In this document: positions 10,060-20,664 of the stretch, piece by piece
Layout: every line of letters begins with the position of its first letter
Position numbering within the stretch: the stretch's first letter is position 1
Source: Candidatus Tepidifontimicrobium thermophilum
GTDB taxonomy: Bacteria > Sysuimicrobiota > Sysuimicrobiia > Sysuimicrobiales > Sysuimicrobiaceae
Direction: 5' to 3'
Length of the DNA stretch: 64,000 nt
Assembly: GCA_031459915.1 (NCBI GenBank)
Contig: JAVKHO010000007.1
Span: 32,001-96,000 of the forward strand
Position numbers and translations under genes: made by a program
Notes under the pieces: model-generated
Databases searched by the model: none
Seen by the model: the letters and a program-made list of their open reading frames with translations, nothing else
Told to the model about the DNA's origin: nothing

Positions 10060-10848
10060 ATGAACAGGATCCCATCTGCCTCTCCGCAGGCGCGGAGAGG
10101 TTTTCGTTTGGGCGCCCGGGATCTGACCGTGGTAGGGGCGCTGGGGGCGGTGAGCGCGGTGCTGGGCACCGTGCCGGGCCTCGGGTTCATCCCCGCTCCC
10201 ACGCCCGCGGGCGCGGCCACCACCATGCACATCCCGGTCATCCTGGCCGGCCTGGCCCGCGGGCCGCTCGCGGGAGCCCTGGTGGGAGCGGTGTTCGGCT
10301 TCTTCAGCTTCACCCGGGCCACCCTCCCCTTCTTCAAGGACCCCCTGATCGCGTTCCTCCCGCGGCTGCTCATCGGGGTCCTGAGCGCCTACGCCTTCAG
10401 GGCGCTCACGCGCCGGGCCTCGCAGCTGGTGGCGGCGCTGGCGTGTGGGGCCGCAGTGTTCACCGCCCTCGGCCCCGGCGCGGCGGCGTTCGAGGCGGCG
10501 TTCGGAGCCGGCCGGGTCCCGCGGAGCTGGCTGGTGGAGTTGTACCACGCGGTGGCCGCTGCCACCGCTCCCGCCCCGTGGGTGGGGCTGGTGGTGGGGC
10601 TGGTGAGCGCGTTGGCCGCGTACGCGGCGCTGCGGGGGGACGACGCACCCGTGGGCGCGGCGGCGGTGGTGGGGACGTTGACCAACACCGTGGGGGTGCT
10701 GGGCCTCATCGTGCTGCGGTTCCCGGACATGATGCCGCCCGGCGCGGCGTTCCTGGTGGGGGCCACCCACGGCCTTCCGGAGGCGGTGCTGGCGGTGGTG
10801 GTCACCGTTCCCGTGTACCGGGCTCTGCGGTCTGCCCGGCTGGTGTAG
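10060..10848 (+). CDS. ECF transporter S component, probably pantothenate (PanT-like)
   Basis: LGFIP..TTMHIPVIL, PRLLIG, VGTLTNT, GLPEAV motifs; polytopic; adjacent to coaX. Confidence 0.8.
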   Translation: MNRIPSASPQARRGFRLGARDLTVVGALGAVSAVLGTVPGLGFIPAPTPAGAATTMHIPVILAGLARGPLAGALVGAVFGFFSFTRATLPFFKDPLIAFLPRLLIGVLSAYAFRALTRRASQLVAALACGAAVFTALGPGAAAFEAAFGAGRVPRSWLVELYHAVAAATAPAPWVGLVVGLVSALAAYAALRGDDAPVGAAAVVGTLTNTVGVLGLIVLRFPDMMPPGAAFLVGATHGLPEAVLAVVVTVPVYRALRSARLV

Positions 10849-10859
10849 GGGGCTGGATC

Positions 10860-11651
10860 GTGCTTCTGGCCGTCAACGTGAACAACACCCAGATCAAGCT
10901 GGCCGTCTACTCCGACCCCGAGAGGGACGCGCAGCCGCGGGTGCACTGGCGGGTGTCCACGGAGCTGAGGAAGACGGAGGACGAGTACGGGATCCTGTTC
11001 GCCCACCTGTTCGAGCACGCGGGGCTAGGCCTGCGGGACGTGACGGACGTGGCGGTGTCGTGCGTGGTCCCGCCCCTGCTGGACACCATGGAGCGGCTTT
11101 GCGAGCGGTACTTCCGGACGCGGCCGCTGGTGGTGGGGCCCGGCATCCGCACGGGGATGCGGATCCTGTACGAGAACCCGCGGGAGGTGGGCGCGGACCG
11201 CATCTGCAACGCGGTGGCCGCCTTCGCCAAGTACGGCGGACCCAGCGTGGTGTGCGACTTCGGCACGGCCACCACCTTCACCGCGGTCTCCCGGGAGGGG
11301 GACTTCCTGGGTGGGGCCATCGCGCCCGGGATCGGGATCTCCCTGGACGCTCTCGCGGAGCACACCGCGCAGCTGCCCCGCATCGACCTGGAGAAACCGC
11401 GCAGCGCCATCGGCCGGTCCACCGTGGCCGCCATGCAGGCGGGGGTGTACTACGGGTTCGTGGGGCAGGTGGAGGAGATCGTCCGGAGGATCCAGCGGGA
11501 GCTGGGCGAAGCCGTCACTGTGATCGCTACCGGCGGGTGGGCCCGCTTGCTGGCGGAGGAGCTCACGTGCATCCACCACCACGACCCCCTGCTGACCCTG
11601 GAGGGCCTGCGGATCCTGTTCCTCCGCAACCGACGGGCGGAGGCCCGGTAG
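10860..11651 (+). CDS. coaX: type III pantothenate kinase
   Basis: SCVVP, VGADR, DFGTATT, GGAIAPG, ATGG, LTLEGL; N-terminal motif reads NVNNT. Confidence 0.93.
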   Translation: MLLAVNVNNTQIKLAVYSDPERDAQPRVHWRVSTELRKTEDEYGILFAHLFEHAGLGLRDVTDVAVSCVVPPLLDTMERLCERYFRTRPLVVGPGIRTGMRILYENPREVGADRICNAVAAFAKYGGPSVVCDFGTATTFTAVSREGDFLGGAIAPGIGISLDALAEHTAQLPRIDLEKPRSAIGRSTVAAMQAGVYYGFVGQVEEIVRRIQRELGEAVTVIATGGWARLLAEELTCIHHHDPLLTLEGLRILFLRNRRAEAR

Positions 11652-11686
11652 ACGACGGTCCCGTCGGCAGCCGGGGCCCGCCGGCG

Positions 11687-11695
11687 TGGTACATT
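11687..11695 (+). promoter_or_regulatory. extended -10 (TGgTACATT) 6 nt before GTG, probable leaderless promoter
   Basis: TACATT at 11690-11695, start codon at 11702, no SD in between. Confidence 0.5.
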
Positions 11696-11701
11696 GGCGT
11701 C

Positions 11702-12679
11702 GTGAAACGGGTCGTCAGCGTGAGCCTGGGCTCGTCCCGGCGGGACAGCCGCGTGGAGCTGGAGCTGCTGGGCGAGCGGGTGCTTTTGGAGCGGGTGGGG
11801 ACGGACGGCGACCTGCGCCGGTGCGCGCAGCTGCTGGAGTCCCTGGACGGGCAGGTGGACGCCATCGGGCTGGGGGGCATGGACCTCTTCCTGCAGGCGG
11901 GCCGCCGGCGTTACTGCCTCCGGGATGCGGTGCGTCTGGTGCGCCGGGTCCGGCAGACCCCGGTGGTGGACGGAAGCGGGCTCAAGCAGGCGTGGGAGCC
12001 GTACGTGGTCCTCCACTACCTGCCGGAGGTGGTGGGCTACTCCCTGCGGGGCCGCCGGGTGCTGCAGGTGAGCTCTGTGGACCGGTACGGGATGGCGGAA
12101 GCCTTCGACCGTGCGGGCGCTCAGGTGGTGTACGGTGACTTCCTGTTCGCGCTGGGTCTGCCGTTCCCCCTTCGGTCGTTGCGCGCAGTACGCGTCCTGG
12201 CTGCCCTGCTGCTTCCCTTCCTCACCCAGCTGCCGGTCGGGTGGCTGTACCCCACCGGGGTCCGACAGGAGCGTACCACCCCGCGGTACGGGGGGTACTT
12301 CCGCTGGGCCGAGGTGGTGGCGGGGGACTTCCACTTCATCCGCCGGTACATGCCCGACGACCTAAGGGACAAGGTGGTACTGAGCCAGACCCTCACGCGC
12401 CAGGACGTGGAGGAGCTCCGGCGGCGCGGCGTGGCGCTGCTGGTCACCGTGACGCCGGAGATCGGCGGGCGGTCCCTGGGGACCAACGTGTTTCAGGCGC
12501 TGGTGGTGGCGTTCGCGGGCAAGCCTCCGGAGGCCATCGCGCCCGGGGAGTACGTGGAGTGGATGCAGCGCCTGGGCTTCCGCCCGCGGGTGGAGTGGCT
12601 GAACGCCCCGCGCGGGGAGGAGCTGCGCCGCCTGTACGACCGTCAGGCCCACGACGGGGCGGGGGGAAGGACGGCGTAA
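11702..12679 (+). CDS. conserved hypothetical protein (family often labelled quinate 5-dehydrogenase)
   Basis: [38 protein letters not shown] motifs; 3 nt from the next gene. Confidence 0.75.
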   Translation: MKRVVSVSLGSSRRDSRVELELLGERVLLERVGTDGDLRRCAQLLESLDGQVDAIGLGGMDLFLQAGRRRYCLRDAVRLVRRVRQTPVVDGSGLKQAWEPYVVLHYLPEVVGYSLRGRRVLQVSSVDRYGMAEAFDRAGAQVVYGDFLFALGLPFPLRSLRAVRVLAALLLPFLTQLPVGWLYPTGVRQERTTPRYGGYFRWAEVVAGDFHFIRRYMPDDLRDKVVLSQTLTRQDVEELRRRGVALLVTVTPEIGGRSLGTNVFQALVVAFAGKPPEAIAPGEYVEWMQRLGFRPRVEWLNAPRGEELRRLYDRQAHDGAGGRTA

Positions 12680-12682
12680 GCG

Positions 12683-13774
12683 GTGGAGCGTTTCGCCTTC
12701 GTGATCCACCCGCTCCAGGCGGAGGACTTCGCCCGCAAATACCCCTTCACCCGGGCGTTGCCACCGCGGTGGGTAGAGGCGGCCTTCCGGAGGGTGCCGC
12801 CCCTGGTGGTCTCCCACATCACCGGGATCCGCTCCGCGGTGGGGACGCAGGCGGAGGGCTGGTTCATCGGACTGCCCCTCACTCCCCGGGTCCTGCTGGC
12901 CTCGGACCCGGAGTTCGTCTACCGCCGGCTCGTACGCTGTGCGGAGATCGCTCACCGGCTGGGAGCCCGCATCCTGGGGCTTGGGGCCTTCACCAAGATC
13001 GTGGGCGACCGCGGGGTGACGGTGGCCGCGCGGTCGCCCATCCCCGTGACCACGGGCAACTCGTACACCGCCGCCACCGCGGTGGAGGGTGCCCTGGTGG
13101 CCGCGCAGCGGCTGGACATCGTCCCGTCCCGAGCGCGAGCTGCGGTGGTGGGAGCCACGGGCGCCATCGGGGCGGCCTGCGCCCGGCTGCTGGCTCGCCA
13201 GGTGGGGCAGCTGACCCTGGTGGCCCGTGGGCGGGAACGTCTGGAGCAGCTGGCGGACCAGATCCGGGCGGAATCGGCCTGCTCCGTGGAGGCCACGGAC
13301 AGGGTTCGGGAGGCCGTGCGGGAGGCGGACATCGTGCTGACGGTCACCAGCGCCACGACGGTGTTGGTGGAGCCGGAGGACCTGAAGCCGGGCGCGGTGG
13401 TGTGCGACGTGGCCCGTCCCCGGAACGTGTCCCGGGAGGTGTACGCGCGCCGGGACGACGTGCTGGTGCTGGACGGCGGGGTCATCCAGGTCCCGGGGGA
13501 CGTGGACTTCGGACTGGACTTCGGCTTCCCCCCCGGCACCTGCGAGGCGTGCATGGCCGAGACGATGGCGTTGGCCCTGGAGGGCCGGTACGAGTCCTAC
13601 ACCCTGGGGGCAGACGTCCGGCTGGACCGGGTGGAGGAAATCGCCCGCATCGCGCGCAAGCACGGGTTCCGGCTGGCAGGCTTCCGGCGGTTCGAGCGCG
13701 CCATCGGCGACGACGAGGTGGAGCGGATCCGGAAGCGGGCCCGGGGACTGAGCGCGGCGGGGCCCCCGGTTTGA
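12683..13774 (+). CDS. acyl-ACP reductase-like NAD(P)-dependent oxidoreductase
   Basis: [24 protein letters not shown], Rossmann GATGAIG, DVARP, DGG, ACMAETM. Confidence 0.8.
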   Translation: MERFAFVIHPLQAEDFARKYPFTRALPPRWVEAAFRRVPPLVVSHITGIRSAVGTQAEGWFIGLPLTPRVLLASDPEFVYRRLVRCAEIAHRLGARILGLGAFTKIVGDRGVTVAARSPIPVTTGNSYTAATAVEGALVAAQRLDIVPSRARAAVVGATGAIGAACARLLARQVGQLTLVARGRERLEQLADQIRAESACSVEATDRVREAVREADIVLTVTSATTVLVEPEDLKPGAVVCDVARPRNVSREVYARRDDVLVLDGGVIQVPGDVDFGLDFGFPPGTCEACMAETMALALEGRYESYTLGADVRLDRVEEIARIARKHGFRLAGFRRFERAIGDDEVERIRKRARGLSAAGPPV

Positions 13775-13800
13775 AGGAACCGGAGGCGGCGCCGTATAAT
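13771..13800 (+). promoter_or_regulatory. sigma70-type promoter for greA (TTGAAG-N18-TATAAT)
   Basis: Perfect TATAAT at 13795-13800 and TTGAAG at 13771-13776. Confidence 0.7.
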
Positions 13801-13819
13801 ACGGGAGGAAACAGGGGAC

Positions 13820-13851
13820 GCTGTGGGCGCGGGCCCACGGTGTTTTCTTTT
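13820..13851 (+). terminator. intrinsic terminator-like hairpin in the greA 5' leader
   Basis: GCTGTGGGC-gcgg-GCCCACGGT followed by GTTTTCTTTT, between the promoter and the greA ATG. Confidence 0.65.
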
Positions 13852-13923
13852 CCCGCGGCACGCTTCTTGCCCACGTCCCCTGTGGAGTCCACCGGCGAAA
13901 AGCCGGGACGACCGGGAGACGCT

Positions 13924-14394
13924 ATGGAGAAGGAGACGTTCCTCACCCCGGAAGGGCTCAGGCGGCTCGAGGAGGAGCTGGAGTACCTCAAGACGGTCAA
14001 GCGCAAGGAAGTGGCCGAGCGGATCAAGCAGGCCAAGGCCTTCGGCGACCTGAGCGAGAACTCGGAGTACGAGGACGCGAAGAACGAGCAGGCCTTCGTG
14101 GAGGGCAGGATCCTGGCGCTGGAGCAGCTGCTGCGGAACGCCAAGGTCATCCAGGGGAACGGGGCCTCCGGGGAAGTGGCCGTCGGGTCCAGGGTCCGGG
14201 TCCGGGACCTGGCGAGCGGGGAGGAGTACGAGTACTGGATCGTGGGTTCGGCGGAAGCGGACCCCTCGCAAGCCCGCATCTCCAACGAGTCTCCGGTCGG
14301 GCGCGCCCTGCTGGGGCGGCGTCCGGGAGAGGTGGTGGAGGTGCAGGTGCCTGCGGGGTTCTTGCGGCTGCAGATCACGGGCCTGGGTTCCTAG
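13924..14394 (+). CDS. greA: transcription elongation factor GreA
   Basis: [31 protein letters not shown]. Confidence 0.97.
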   Translation: MEKETFLTPEGLRRLEEELEYLKTVKRKEVAERIKQAKAFGDLSENSEYEDAKNEQAFVEGRILALEQLLRNAKVIQGNGASGEVAVGSRVRVRDLASGEEYEYWIVGSAEADPSQARISNESPVGRALLGRRPGEVVEVQVPAGFLRLQITGLGS

Positions 14395-14419
14395 GCCCTG
14401 GTCCGGTTCTGCACAGCGC

Positions 14420-14452
14420 GGGAGCCGCCGGGCCGCCGGCGGTTCTCTGTTT
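14420..14452 (+). terminator. probable greA terminator
   Basis: GGGAGCCGCCGG-gccg-CCGGCGGTTCTC then TGTTT. Confidence 0.6.
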
Positions 14453-14627
14453 GAGGGCGGCGCGGGAATGACCGTGGCCGGTGGCGGCGTTGGACCGGTG
14501 GCCGGAGGACCCGGGCGCCGGGATCGGGAGGAAGGAGAGGGAGGCCCGGGTTGCGAAACCGTCCAGTGTAAGGAAGGTCGGCAGGACGGAGCTGGAGGGC
14601 GAGAGCGGTAGGGGGCAGCGGATGCCG

Positions 14628-17087
14628 ATGTTCGAGCGGTTCACGGAGCGCGCGCGGCGCGTGATCATCCTGGCCCAGGACGAGGCCAAACGGTTGAATC
14701 ACAGCGCGGTGGGGACCGAGCACATCCTGCTCGGGATCGTTCGGGAAGGCGAGGGGGTGGCCAGCAAGGTCCTGGAGAGCCTGCACATCTCGCCCGAGCG
14801 CATCCGGGCGGAGATCGAGAGCGCCATCGGCCGCGGCGACCGTACCCCGTACGAGGAGGTGACCTTCACCCCGCGTGCCAAGAAGGTGCTGGAGCTCGCG
14901 CTGGACGAGGCGCGGCGGCTCGGTCACAACTACATCGGCACCGAGCACCTGCTGTTGGGACTCATCCGGGAGGGCGAAGGGGTAGCGGCCCGGGTGCTCG
15001 AGGCCATGGGAGCGGATCTCGAACGGGTCCGGGCCCAGGTGGTGTACCTGCTCGGGGAGGAGGGGACGTCCACGTACACACGGCCTTCCAGCAAGACGCC
15101 CACCCTGGACGAGTTCGGCAGGGATCTGACCAAGATGGCCCGGGAGGGCAAGCTGGACCCCGTCATCGGGCGGGAGCGGGAGATCGAGCGGGTCATCCAG
15201 ATCCTCAGCCGGAGGACCAAGAACAACCCGGCCCTCATCGGCGAACCCGGGGTCGGAAAGACCGCCATCGTGGAGGGCCTCGCGCAGCGCATCGTCCGGG
15301 GGGACGTGCCGGAGAGCCTGCGGGGCAAGCGGGTGGTGCAGCTCGACCTTGCGGCTCTGGTGGCCGGCACCAAGTACCGCGGGGAGTTCGAAGAGCGCAT
15401 GAAGAAGGTGATGGACGAGATCCGCAAGGCCCAGGGCGAGGTCATCCTGTTCGTGGACGAGCTGCACACCCTGGTGGGCGCGGGCGCCGCGGAGGGGGCC
15501 ATCGACGCCAGCAACATCCTCAAGCCCGCCCTCGCCCGCGGGGAACTGCAGTGCATCGGGGCCACCACCCTCGACGAGTTCCGGAAGTACATCGAGCGGG
15601 ACGCGGCCCTGGAGCGCCGTTTCGCGCCCATCCTGGTGGCGGAGCCCACGGTGGAGCAGACAGTGGAGATCCTCCGGGGCCTGCGGGAGCGGTACGAGGC
15701 GCACCACGGCGTCCGGATCAGCGACGGCGCCCTCGTGGCCGCGGCCACCCTGGCGGAGAAGTACATCACGGACCGGTTCCTCCCCGACAAGGCCATCGAC
15801 CTGATGGACGAGGCCGCGAGCCGGATCCGGCTGCAGGCCTCCTTCCTGCCCAGCGAGGTCCGGCAGGCCATGGAGCGGGTGGAGAAGACCCGCCGGGAGA
15901 AGGAGGAGGCCATCAAGAACCAGGACTTCGAGCGAGCCGCGCAGCTTCGGGATCGGGAGAAGGCCCTGCGGCAGAAGCTGGAGGAGCTGGAGGCCAGCCG
16001 CCGCAGCCAGCGGGGCCGGGACCTCACCGTGGTCACCGAGGACGACATCGCGGAGATCGTCTCCAGCTGGACGGGCATCCCGGTGACCAAGCTCATGCAG
16101 GAGGAGACCGAAAAGCTCCTCAAGATGGAGGAGAAGCTGCACGAGCGGATCGTGGGCCAGGAGGAGGCGGTGGCGGCGGTGTCCCGGGCGGTCCGCCGCG
16201 CCCGGGCGGGCCTGAAGGATCCCAAGCGGCCCATCGGGTCCTTCATCTTCCTGGGGCCCACGGGCGTGGGCAAGACGGAGCTGGCCCGCGCCCTGGCGGA
16301 GTTCCTGTTCGGGGACGAGAACGCCCTGATCCGCATTGACATGTCGGAGTACAGCGAGCGGCACACGGTCTCACGCCTGGTGGGCGCGCCGCCCGGGTAC
16401 GTGGGCTACGAGGAGGGCGGTCAGCTCACGGAGCAGGTCCGCCGCCGGCCGTACTCGGTGGTCCTGCTGGACGAGATCGAGAAGGCGCACCCGGAGGTCT
16501 TCAACGTCCTGCTGCAGATCCTGGACGACGGTCGGCTCACGGACGCGCAGGGACGGACCGTGGACTTCAAGAACACCGTCCTCATCATGACCAGCAACGT
16601 GGGCGCCCCGCAGATCGAACGGGACGCGCCGGTGTTGGGCTTCCGGGCCACCACGGATGAGCGGGTGGAGCAGCAGCGGGCCTACGAGCGGATGCGGGAC
16701 CTGGTGATGGAGGAGCTCAAGCGGACCTTCCGGCCGGAGTTCTTGAACCGCATCGACGAGATCATCGTGTTCCGGCCGCTCACGAAGGAGCAGATGCACT
16801 CCATCGTCCGGATCCTCCTGGAGCGGGTGCGGCGGGAGCTGCGGGGCCAGGGGATGGAGATCGAGTTCACCGACGCCCTCCGGGAGCTGCTGGTTCAGGA
16901 AGGGTTCGACCCGCAGTACGGCGCCCGGCCCCTGCGGCGGGCCATCCAGCGCCTGGTGGAAGACCCGCTGTCGGACGAGCTGCTGCGCGGCCGGTTCCGC
17001 CAGGGGGACCACGTGGTCGCGGACGTGCGGGACGGCAAGGTGGTCTTCGAAGGGCGGCGGGAGCCCGTGGGCGCGCAGACGGAGTAG
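14628..17087 (+). CDS. clpC: ATP-dependent Clp protease ATP-binding subunit ClpC
   Basis: [12 protein letters not shown], two Clp-N repeats, GEPGVGKT and GPTGVGKT Walker A, UVR-like middle domain; alternative ATG at 14622. Confidence 0.97.
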   Translation: MFERFTERARRVIILAQDEAKRLNHSAVGTEHILLGIVREGEGVASKVLESLHISPERIRAEIESAIGRGDRTPYEEVTFTPRAKKVLELALDEARRLGHNYIGTEHLLLGLIREGEGVAARVLEAMGADLERVRAQVVYLLGEEGTSTYTRPSSKTPTLDEFGRDLTKMAREGKLDPVIGREREIERVIQILSRRTKNNPALIGEPGVGKTAIVEGLAQRIVRGDVPESLRGKRVVQLDLAALVAGTKYRGEFEERMKKVMDEIRKAQGEVILFVDELHTLVGAGAAEGAIDASNILKPALARGELQCIGATTLDEFRKYIERDAALERRFAPILVAEPTVEQTVEILRGLRERYEAHHGVRISDGALVAAATLAEKYITDRFLPDKAIDLMDEAASRIRLQASFLPSEVRQAMERVEKTRREKEEAIKNQDFERAAQLRDREKALRQKLEELEASRRSQRGRDLTVVTEDDIAEIVSSWTGIPVTKLMQEETEKLLKMEEKLHERIVGQEEAVAAVSRAVRRARAGLKDPKRPIGSFIFLGPTGVGKTELARALAEFLFGDENALIRIDMSEYSERHTVSRLVGAPPGYVGYEEGGQLTEQVRRRPYSVVLLDEIEKAHPEVFNVLLQILDDGRLTDAQGRTVDFKNTVLIMTSNVGAPQIERDAPVLGFRATTDERVEQQRAYERMRDLVMEELKRTFRPEFLNRIDEIIVFRPLTKEQMHSIVRILLERVRRELRGQGMEIEFTDALRELLVQEGFDPQYGARPLRRAIQRLVEDPLSDELLRGRFRQGDHVVADVRDGKVVFEGRREPVGAQTE

Positions 17088-17090
17088 ACC

Positions 17091-17663
17091 CTAGGGAGGG
17101 CCTCCCGGGCTAAGGAGTTCGTCCCGAAGGACCCCGATGTACGGGAGATTCCGGTACAGCTGGCGGTAGTCCAGCCCGTAGCCCACCACGAACCGGTCCG
17201 GTACCTCAAACCCCACGTACGCCAGGGGCAGGTTGGGCGCGATGCGCCGGACCCGCTTGTCCAGCAGGGTACAGATGACCAGGCTGGCAGGCCGGCGCGC
17301 CCGCAGCAGGCGGGTGAGGTAGGCGGCGGTGAGGCCGGTGTCCACGATATCCTCCACCAGGACGACGTGACGGTCGGTGATCTCCTCGTCGAGGTCCTTG
17401 AGCAGCCGGACCGCGCCGGTGGCCGCGTGGCGGGTACCGTAGGCGGCGATGGCCATGAAGTCGATCTCGTGGGGGATGCGCAGGGCCCGGCTGAGGTCCG
17501 AGAGGAAGTACACGGAACCCCGCAGCATGCCCACCAGCAGAGGCCGCAACCCCGCATAGTCGCGCTCCAGCTCGGCTGCCAGCTCCCGCACCCGCCGCTG
17601 GAGGGCGGCCTCGTCGAACAGCACCTCCTGGATGTCCTCGTCCAGACTCCGGAGGGCGCTCAT
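17091..17663 (-). CDS. hpt: hypoxanthine phosphoribosyltransferase
   Basis: VLVEDIVDTGLT PRPP motif, FVVGYGLDY..YRNLPYI. Confidence 0.94.
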   Translation of the reverse strand: MSALRSLDEDIQEVLFDEAALQRRVRELAAELERDYAGLRPLLVGMLRGSVYFLSDLSRALRIPHEIDFMAIAAYGTRHAATGAVRLLKDLDEEITDRHVVLVEDIVDTGLTAAYLTRLLRARRPASLVICTLLDKRVRRIAPNLPLAYVGFEVPDRFVVGYGLDYRQLYRNLPYIGVLRDELLSPGGPP

Positions 17664-18046
17664 GAGGCGCCAGAGCGGGGCGCGGCCGAGGCCGCCGGCG
17701 GCCGCAGGCCGTACTTCAACAGGAGGTTCCGGAAGTCGCGGCCGTAGAAGACCCGGAGGTTCACGTTCGGGTACAGCTGCCGGAGCTTCCGGATCTTGCG
17801 GTTCTTCCGGGTGACCAGGGCCTGCTTGAGGGTCGTCAGCTCGATGTACAGGTCGAAGTCGGGCAGGTAGAAGTCCGGAGTGAAGCGCTCCCGGGGACGG
17901 CCTGCCCGGTCCCAGCTGAGGACGAAGGACCGCGGCTCGTATTCCCACCGGATCCCGTAGAAGTCCAGGATCCGGGCGAACTCCTCTTCCGCGGGGTTGG
18001 CGAACCGCGCGGCCCGCTTGCGTCGGGGGGAGGATGCCGCACCCAT
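17660..18046 (-). CDS. PD-(D/E)xK-fold small protein resembling T7 endonuclease I
   Basis: WEYEP..FTPDFYLP..YIELTT; ATGA overlap with hpt; TATACT on - strand at 18069-18074. Confidence 0.75.
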   Translation of the reverse strand: MGAASSPRRKRAARFANPAEEEFARILDFYGIRWEYEPRSFVLSWDRAGRPRERFTPDFYLPDFDLYIELTTLKQALVTRKNRKIRKLRQLYPNVNLRVFYGRDFRNLLLKYGLRPPAASAAPRSGAS

Positions 18047-18229
18047 GGTCGAGCGCCTGTTCGAAGCCAGTATACGAGCCCCGGCCCGGGGCTGCAACGC
18101 GGTGGGTTTGCCAGGGAGCCGGCGAACGTGGGAGAATAGCGCAGGCGCCCACCTCTCGCGGATCCGTGTTCGGCCCAAAAAGGCAGGGGAGTTACGCCCG
18201 CAGGTCACGGGCGCCGAAGGAGTTGTGCG

Positions 18230-19420
18230 ATGGCGAAGGACAGCTGGCAGCAACTGGTGAAGGAGGCCACGGAACGGCTGCGCAGCCCGGACGCGACGGT
18301 CCGCAGCGACGCGGCCCTCAGCCTGGGCAAGCTGGACGCTCCCGAGGCTCCGGCCCCCGTGGTGGCCGAGGCCATCGACGCCCTCAGCCGGATCCTGGAC
18401 GACCCGGACGAGTACGTGCGCAAGAGCGCGGTCCACGCCCTGGGTCGGCTGCGCGCGAGGGACCCGAGGGCCCTCGAGGGGATCCGCTTCGCCTTGGGGG
18501 ACCGGTCGGAGCAGGTGGTCCAGGAGGCAGTGACCCAGGTCCAGCAGGCGGCGGATGCCGGAGCGGTGGACGGACTCATCCGGGTCCTGGGCCGGCGGGA
18601 GCGCACGCTGCAGAACGCGGCCAGCCAGGCCCTGGTGCGCATCGGCGCACCCGCGGTCCGGCCCCTCCTGGAGACCTTCAAGGACCGGAACCTGCGCCGG
18701 CGCGTGCACAACCAGGTGCTGCGGATCATCGAGGACATCAAGGGCAGGGCAGTGGAGCCCCTGCTGGGTGCCCTGGAGGACGAGAACCAGTACGTGCGGG
18801 CGTACGCGGTGGCGCTGCTCGGGAGGCTGGGGGACGAGCGCGCCGTGGAGCCCCTGGTCCGCCTCTTCCTGACGGACGCCAGGCTGCAGGAGACGGTCGT
18901 GAACACCCTGCCCCGGCTGGAGGAGCGGGGGGTGCTGGAGGCCCCTTCCGGAGACCGGGACGTGCAGCTGCCCAAGGAGGTGGCGGCGGCCTTCCGCAAG
19001 CTGGCGTCCACGCCGGAGGCCCTGCAGGCCCTGCGGGCCGCGGTGGCAGGCGGCAATCCGAAGGTGCGGAAGTTCGCCCTACGCGCCCTCTTCGAGGTGG
19101 AGGGCGCACGGGCCAGGGAGACCCTGCTGGGCCTGCTGAGGGACGAGGACACGGAGGTGCAGCGGCTCGCCATCCGGCTGCTGGGGAAGCTGCACGACAA
19201 GACGGTCATCGAGCCGTTGCTGGCTCTGCTCAAGGGCGCCAACCCGCAGGTGGAGGAGGTGGTGTGGAACACCATCAAGGTCCTCACCGACCTGCGGGAG
19301 TACGAGCAGCTGCGGTCCCGGGTGGCCCGGGAACGGGCGGGAGCACCCGCCCGGCCCACGGTCCGGGTGTTCAAGACCGAGCGCGACGTCTCCCCCGACT
19401 GGTGGCGGGACCAGGACTGA
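18230..19420 (+). CDS. HEAT-repeat (PBS lyase-like) protein
   Basis: Repeated D.d..VR..A..aLG units; AAGGAG RBS. Confidence 0.85.
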   Translation: MAKDSWQQLVKEATERLRSPDATVRSDAALSLGKLDAPEAPAPVVAEAIDALSRILDDPDEYVRKSAVHALGRLRARDPRALEGIRFALGDRSEQVVQEAVTQVQQAADAGAVDGLIRVLGRRERTLQNAASQALVRIGAPAVRPLLETFKDRNLRRRVHNQVLRIIEDIKGRAVEPLLGALEDENQYVRAYAVALLGRLGDERAVEPLVRLFLTDARLQETVVNTLPRLEERGVLEAPSGDRDVQLPKEVAAAFRKLASTPEALQALRAAVAGGNPKVRKFALRALFEVEGARARETLLGLLRDEDTEVQRLAIRLLGKLHDKTVIEPLLALLKGANPQVEEVVWNTIKVLTDLREYEQLRSRVARERAGAPARPTVRVFKTERDVSPDWWRDQD

Positions 19421-19427
19421 GTCCGGC

Positions 19428-19760
19428 ATGCTGGTCTGTTTGGTCACCGCCCCGCACCCGGAGGACGCTCACCGCATCGCCCGGGCCCTGGTGGAAGAAC
19501 GCTTGGCCGCGTGCGTGAACGTGGTCCCGGGGGTGCGGTCGGTGTACCGGTGGCAGGGCGCGGTGGAGGAGGCAGGCGAGGTCCTCCTGGTCGTCAAGAC
19601 CACCCGCGAGCGCTTCCCTGCTCTGCGGGACCGCATCGCCGCCCTGCACCCCTACCAGGTCCCCGAGGTCGTGAGCCTACCCGTGGAGGACGCCCTGGCC
19701 GCCTATCGGGTTTGGGTAGAGGAGTCCGTGGCGGAGGCCGAGTCCCGGCGGGAGGCCTGA
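19428..19760 (+). CDS. cutA: divalent-cation tolerance protein CutA
   Basis: LVEERLAACVN, SVYRWQG, HPYQVPE. Confidence 0.93.
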   Translation: MLVCLVTAPHPEDAHRIARALVEERLAACVNVVPGVRSVYRWQGAVEEAGEVLLVVKTTRERFPALRDRIAALHPYQVPEVVSLPVEDALAAYRVWVEESVAEAESRREA

Positions 19761-19793
19761 CCACCGGCCGGGATCAGGTCGCCTGCTCCACGC

Positions 19794-20585
19794 GTGCGGA
19801 TCCTGGTCACCAACGACGACGGCATCGACTCGGAGGGACTCCACGCCCTCGTGCGGGCCTGCGAGCGCGTGGGGGAGGTGACGGTGGTGGCCCCCCACCA
19901 CGACCGGTCCGCCAGCGGGCATGCCATCACCCTCCACAAGCCCCTGCGGGTGTCGCCCGCGAGGATCCCGGGCTCAGGTGCCGTGGCGTGGGCCGCCACG
20001 GGGACACCCGCGGACTGCGTGCTCCTGGCCGTGTACGGGCTGCTCCCGGCCAGGCCCGAGGTGGTCCTGTGCGGGATCAACCTGGGTCCCAACATCGGAC
20101 ACGACCTGACCTACTCGGGCACAGTCTCCGGCGCCATGGAGGCCGCCATCCTGGGCATTCCCGCCATCGCGGTGTCCCTGGACGCGGAGCGGGACCCTCG
20201 GTACGAGGTGGCGGCCGCCTTCGCGGCCGCGCTGGCCGAGGAGGTGTGCCGGCGGGGGTTCCCTCCGGACGCGCTCCTGAACGTGAACGTGCCGAACCTG
20301 GAGGTGGGGCAGATCCGCGGAGTCCAGGTCACCCGGCAGAGCGCGCGGCGGTACCGCACCCGGCTGGAGCGGCGCACCGACCCCCGCGGCCGGCCGTACT
20401 ACTGGATCGCGGGGGAGCGGACCTCACCGGAGGGAGCAGAACCGGGGACCGATAGCCACGCCCTCAGTCACGGTTTCGTGTCGGTGACCCCTCTGCAGAT
20501 GGACCTGACTTCCCCGGCGCTCGTGTCCGCCCTCGGAGCGTGGGATCTGGACCGCCTCCTCCGGGGAGGATTCCCGACCTACTAG
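19794..20585 (+). CDS. surE: 5'/3'-nucleotidase SurE
   Basis: ILVTNDDG, GTPADCV, GINLGPN, YSGTVSGAME. Confidence 0.96.
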   Translation: MRILVTNDDGIDSEGLHALVRACERVGEVTVVAPHHDRSASGHAITLHKPLRVSPARIPGSGAVAWAATGTPADCVLLAVYGLLPARPEVVLCGINLGPNIGHDLTYSGTVSGAMEAAILGIPAIAVSLDAERDPRYEVAAAFAAALAEEVCRRGFPPDALLNVNVPNLEVGQIRGVQVTRQSARRYRTRLERRTDPRGRPYYWIAGERTSPEGAEPGTDSHALSHGFVSVTPLQMDLTSPALVSALGAWDLDRLLRGGFPTY

Positions 20586-20664
20586 GCCGAACACAGGCCG
20601 AAGAACCCGGGCTTGTGGGCCGGGTTGGCGGCAGACGACGCAGCGGTCGACGGAGCAACGGGCC

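Noticed and set aside
18170..18229. GGGGAG..hairpin..CGCCGAAGGAG resembling a glycine riboswitch
   Set aside because: The downstream CUCUCAGG arm is absent, and AAGGAG is simply the RBS of the HEAT-repeat gene.
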